Source of the DNA: Solimonas sp. SE-A11
Lineage (GTDB): Bacteria > Pseudomonadota > Gammaproteobacteria > Nevskiales > Nevskiaceae
Direction of reading: 5' to 3'
DNA length: 24,000 bases
NCBI RefSeq assembly: GCF_030345715.1
Contig: NZ_JAUASX010000003.1
Span: forward strand, 129,276-153,275
Shown: positions 23,412-24,000 of the stretch, in pieces
Position numbering within the stretch: the stretch's first letter is position 1
Layout: each line of letters begins with the position of its first letter
Made by a program: the position numbers and the translations under genes
The notes under the pieces: generated by a model
Database searches by the model: none
What the model was told of the DNA's origin: nothing
The model's input: the letters and a program-made list of their open reading frames with translations, nothing else

Positions 23412-24000
23412 TCAGCCCTTGAGGTCTGCAACGCGCACCACGCGCGTCTCTGGGTGGATGTGTTCCTTGGCGCCGACCCATCGCAGGCACATGGTGCCGC
23501 GGCGGTGGCCGGTGGTTTCCAGCCAGTTGGGGCGGCCGGGGTCGCGCTGGCTCAGCACGATGGTCACGCCGCCATCGGCATCGTGCTGCGCGCTGTACTT
23601 GTTCACGTGAATCTTGTGGTAGCGGTAGTCCAGCGACTCCATCCACCAGTTGTTGATCTGCAGGTTCCAGAAGCGGCAATCCGGGATGCGCGGCAGGTGG
23701 ATCACCAGCGCCTGGTCCTCGTCCAGTTCCCAGGCCGAATGGTAGTAGAAGATATTGGGGTCGCCGCCGGTGCGCTGGCAGACCAGCTGGTTGGCGGGCG
23801 GCAGCTGGTTGACGTGGGGCAGGTAGCCCTGCGCCCAGTCGGCGAACACGCGCGCCGTGCCTTCGGTGAAGGCGGCGGCGTTGCGCAGGCCGGCCTGCAG
23901 TTGGGTGGCCGACAGCGGCCTGGGCTGGGCATCCGCGCCCAGGCGCGAGATGCGCATGGTAGCGGCGCGCTCATTGGGGCGGTCGTTGAAGGTCTGGCGA
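23412..24000 (-). CDS. DUF1214-like domain protein, paralog of 20286..21392 (5' end beyond window)
   Basis: The frame stays open to the window edge. The translated upstream residues RQTFNDRPNERAATMRISRLGADAQPRPL align with RETFFDRAREAPGSFHIERIGAPQAPRPL of the paralog. The shared C-terminal half includes PDCRFWNLQINNWWMESLD. Confidence 0.6.
   Translation of the reverse strand, partial: RQTFNDRPNERAATMRISRLGADAQPRPLSATQLQAGLRNAAAFTEGTARVFADWAQGYLPHVNQLPPANQLVCQRTGGDPNIFYYHSAWELDEDQALVIHLPRIPDCRFWNLQINNWWMESLDYRYHKIHVNKYSAQHDADGGVTIVLSQRDPGRPNWLETTGHRRGTMCLRWVGAKEHIHPETRVVRVADLKG

Noticed and set aside
23412-23957. Track ORF treated as a complete 181-aa gene starting at the Met at 23957
   Set aside because: The frame remains open to position 24000, and the extra residues continue the alignment with the paralog at 20286..21392. 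The gene is therefore 5'-truncated by the window edge.

Overview
High-GC (roughly two-thirds G+C by eye), densely coding, proteobacterial-type chromosomal window. I support about 30 CDS. I saw no rRNA, tRNA, CRISPR array, transposase, integrase or prophage genes. Many long alternative-frame and antisense ORFs in the track are high-GC artefacts. Left to right: an epoxide-hydrolase-like a/b hydrolase. A translationally coupled trio of metallophosphoesterase, pore-loop ion channel (GLG filter) and NYN/LabA-like nuclease. A thiophilic-metal envelope module (CopL-like Cys/His-rich secreted protein, small OM beta-barrel, periplasmic HMA/MerP-like protein, MerT-like inner-membrane protein) with no MerA or MerR. 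An SDR plus a SnoaL-like protein. Cupin plus VOC on the minus strand, divergent from an unusual enoyl-CoA hydratase. Small secreted and membrane proteins, AcpH and an OYE-type flavin oxidoreductase. A PAS-PAS-GGDEF-EAL signalling protein. An IVD-like acyl-CoA dehydrogenase, a PECR-like SDR and a LolA-like protein. An HxlR-type regulator with a downstream SDR (Tyr->Phe) and an HCCA-isomerase/DsbA-like gene, plus a divergent metal-dependent hydrolase. Finally a tight minus-strand operon running off the right edge: DUF1214-like, PAPS-type sulfotransferase, SDR, second DUF1214-like paralog, tandem EthD-like. Non-coding structure includes two inverted copies of a REP/MITE-like hairpin element, several operator-like palindromes, a shared GTTCY-N5-RGAAC motif around the HxlR gene, and a structured lower-GC intergenic region. 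The best candidates for an undescribed system are the phosphoesterase-channel-NYN trio (defence or stress-effector-like, but without defence-island context) and the sulfotransferase/DUF1214 operon (unknown sulfation pathway). All family assignments come from motif recognition by eye, not from database searches.
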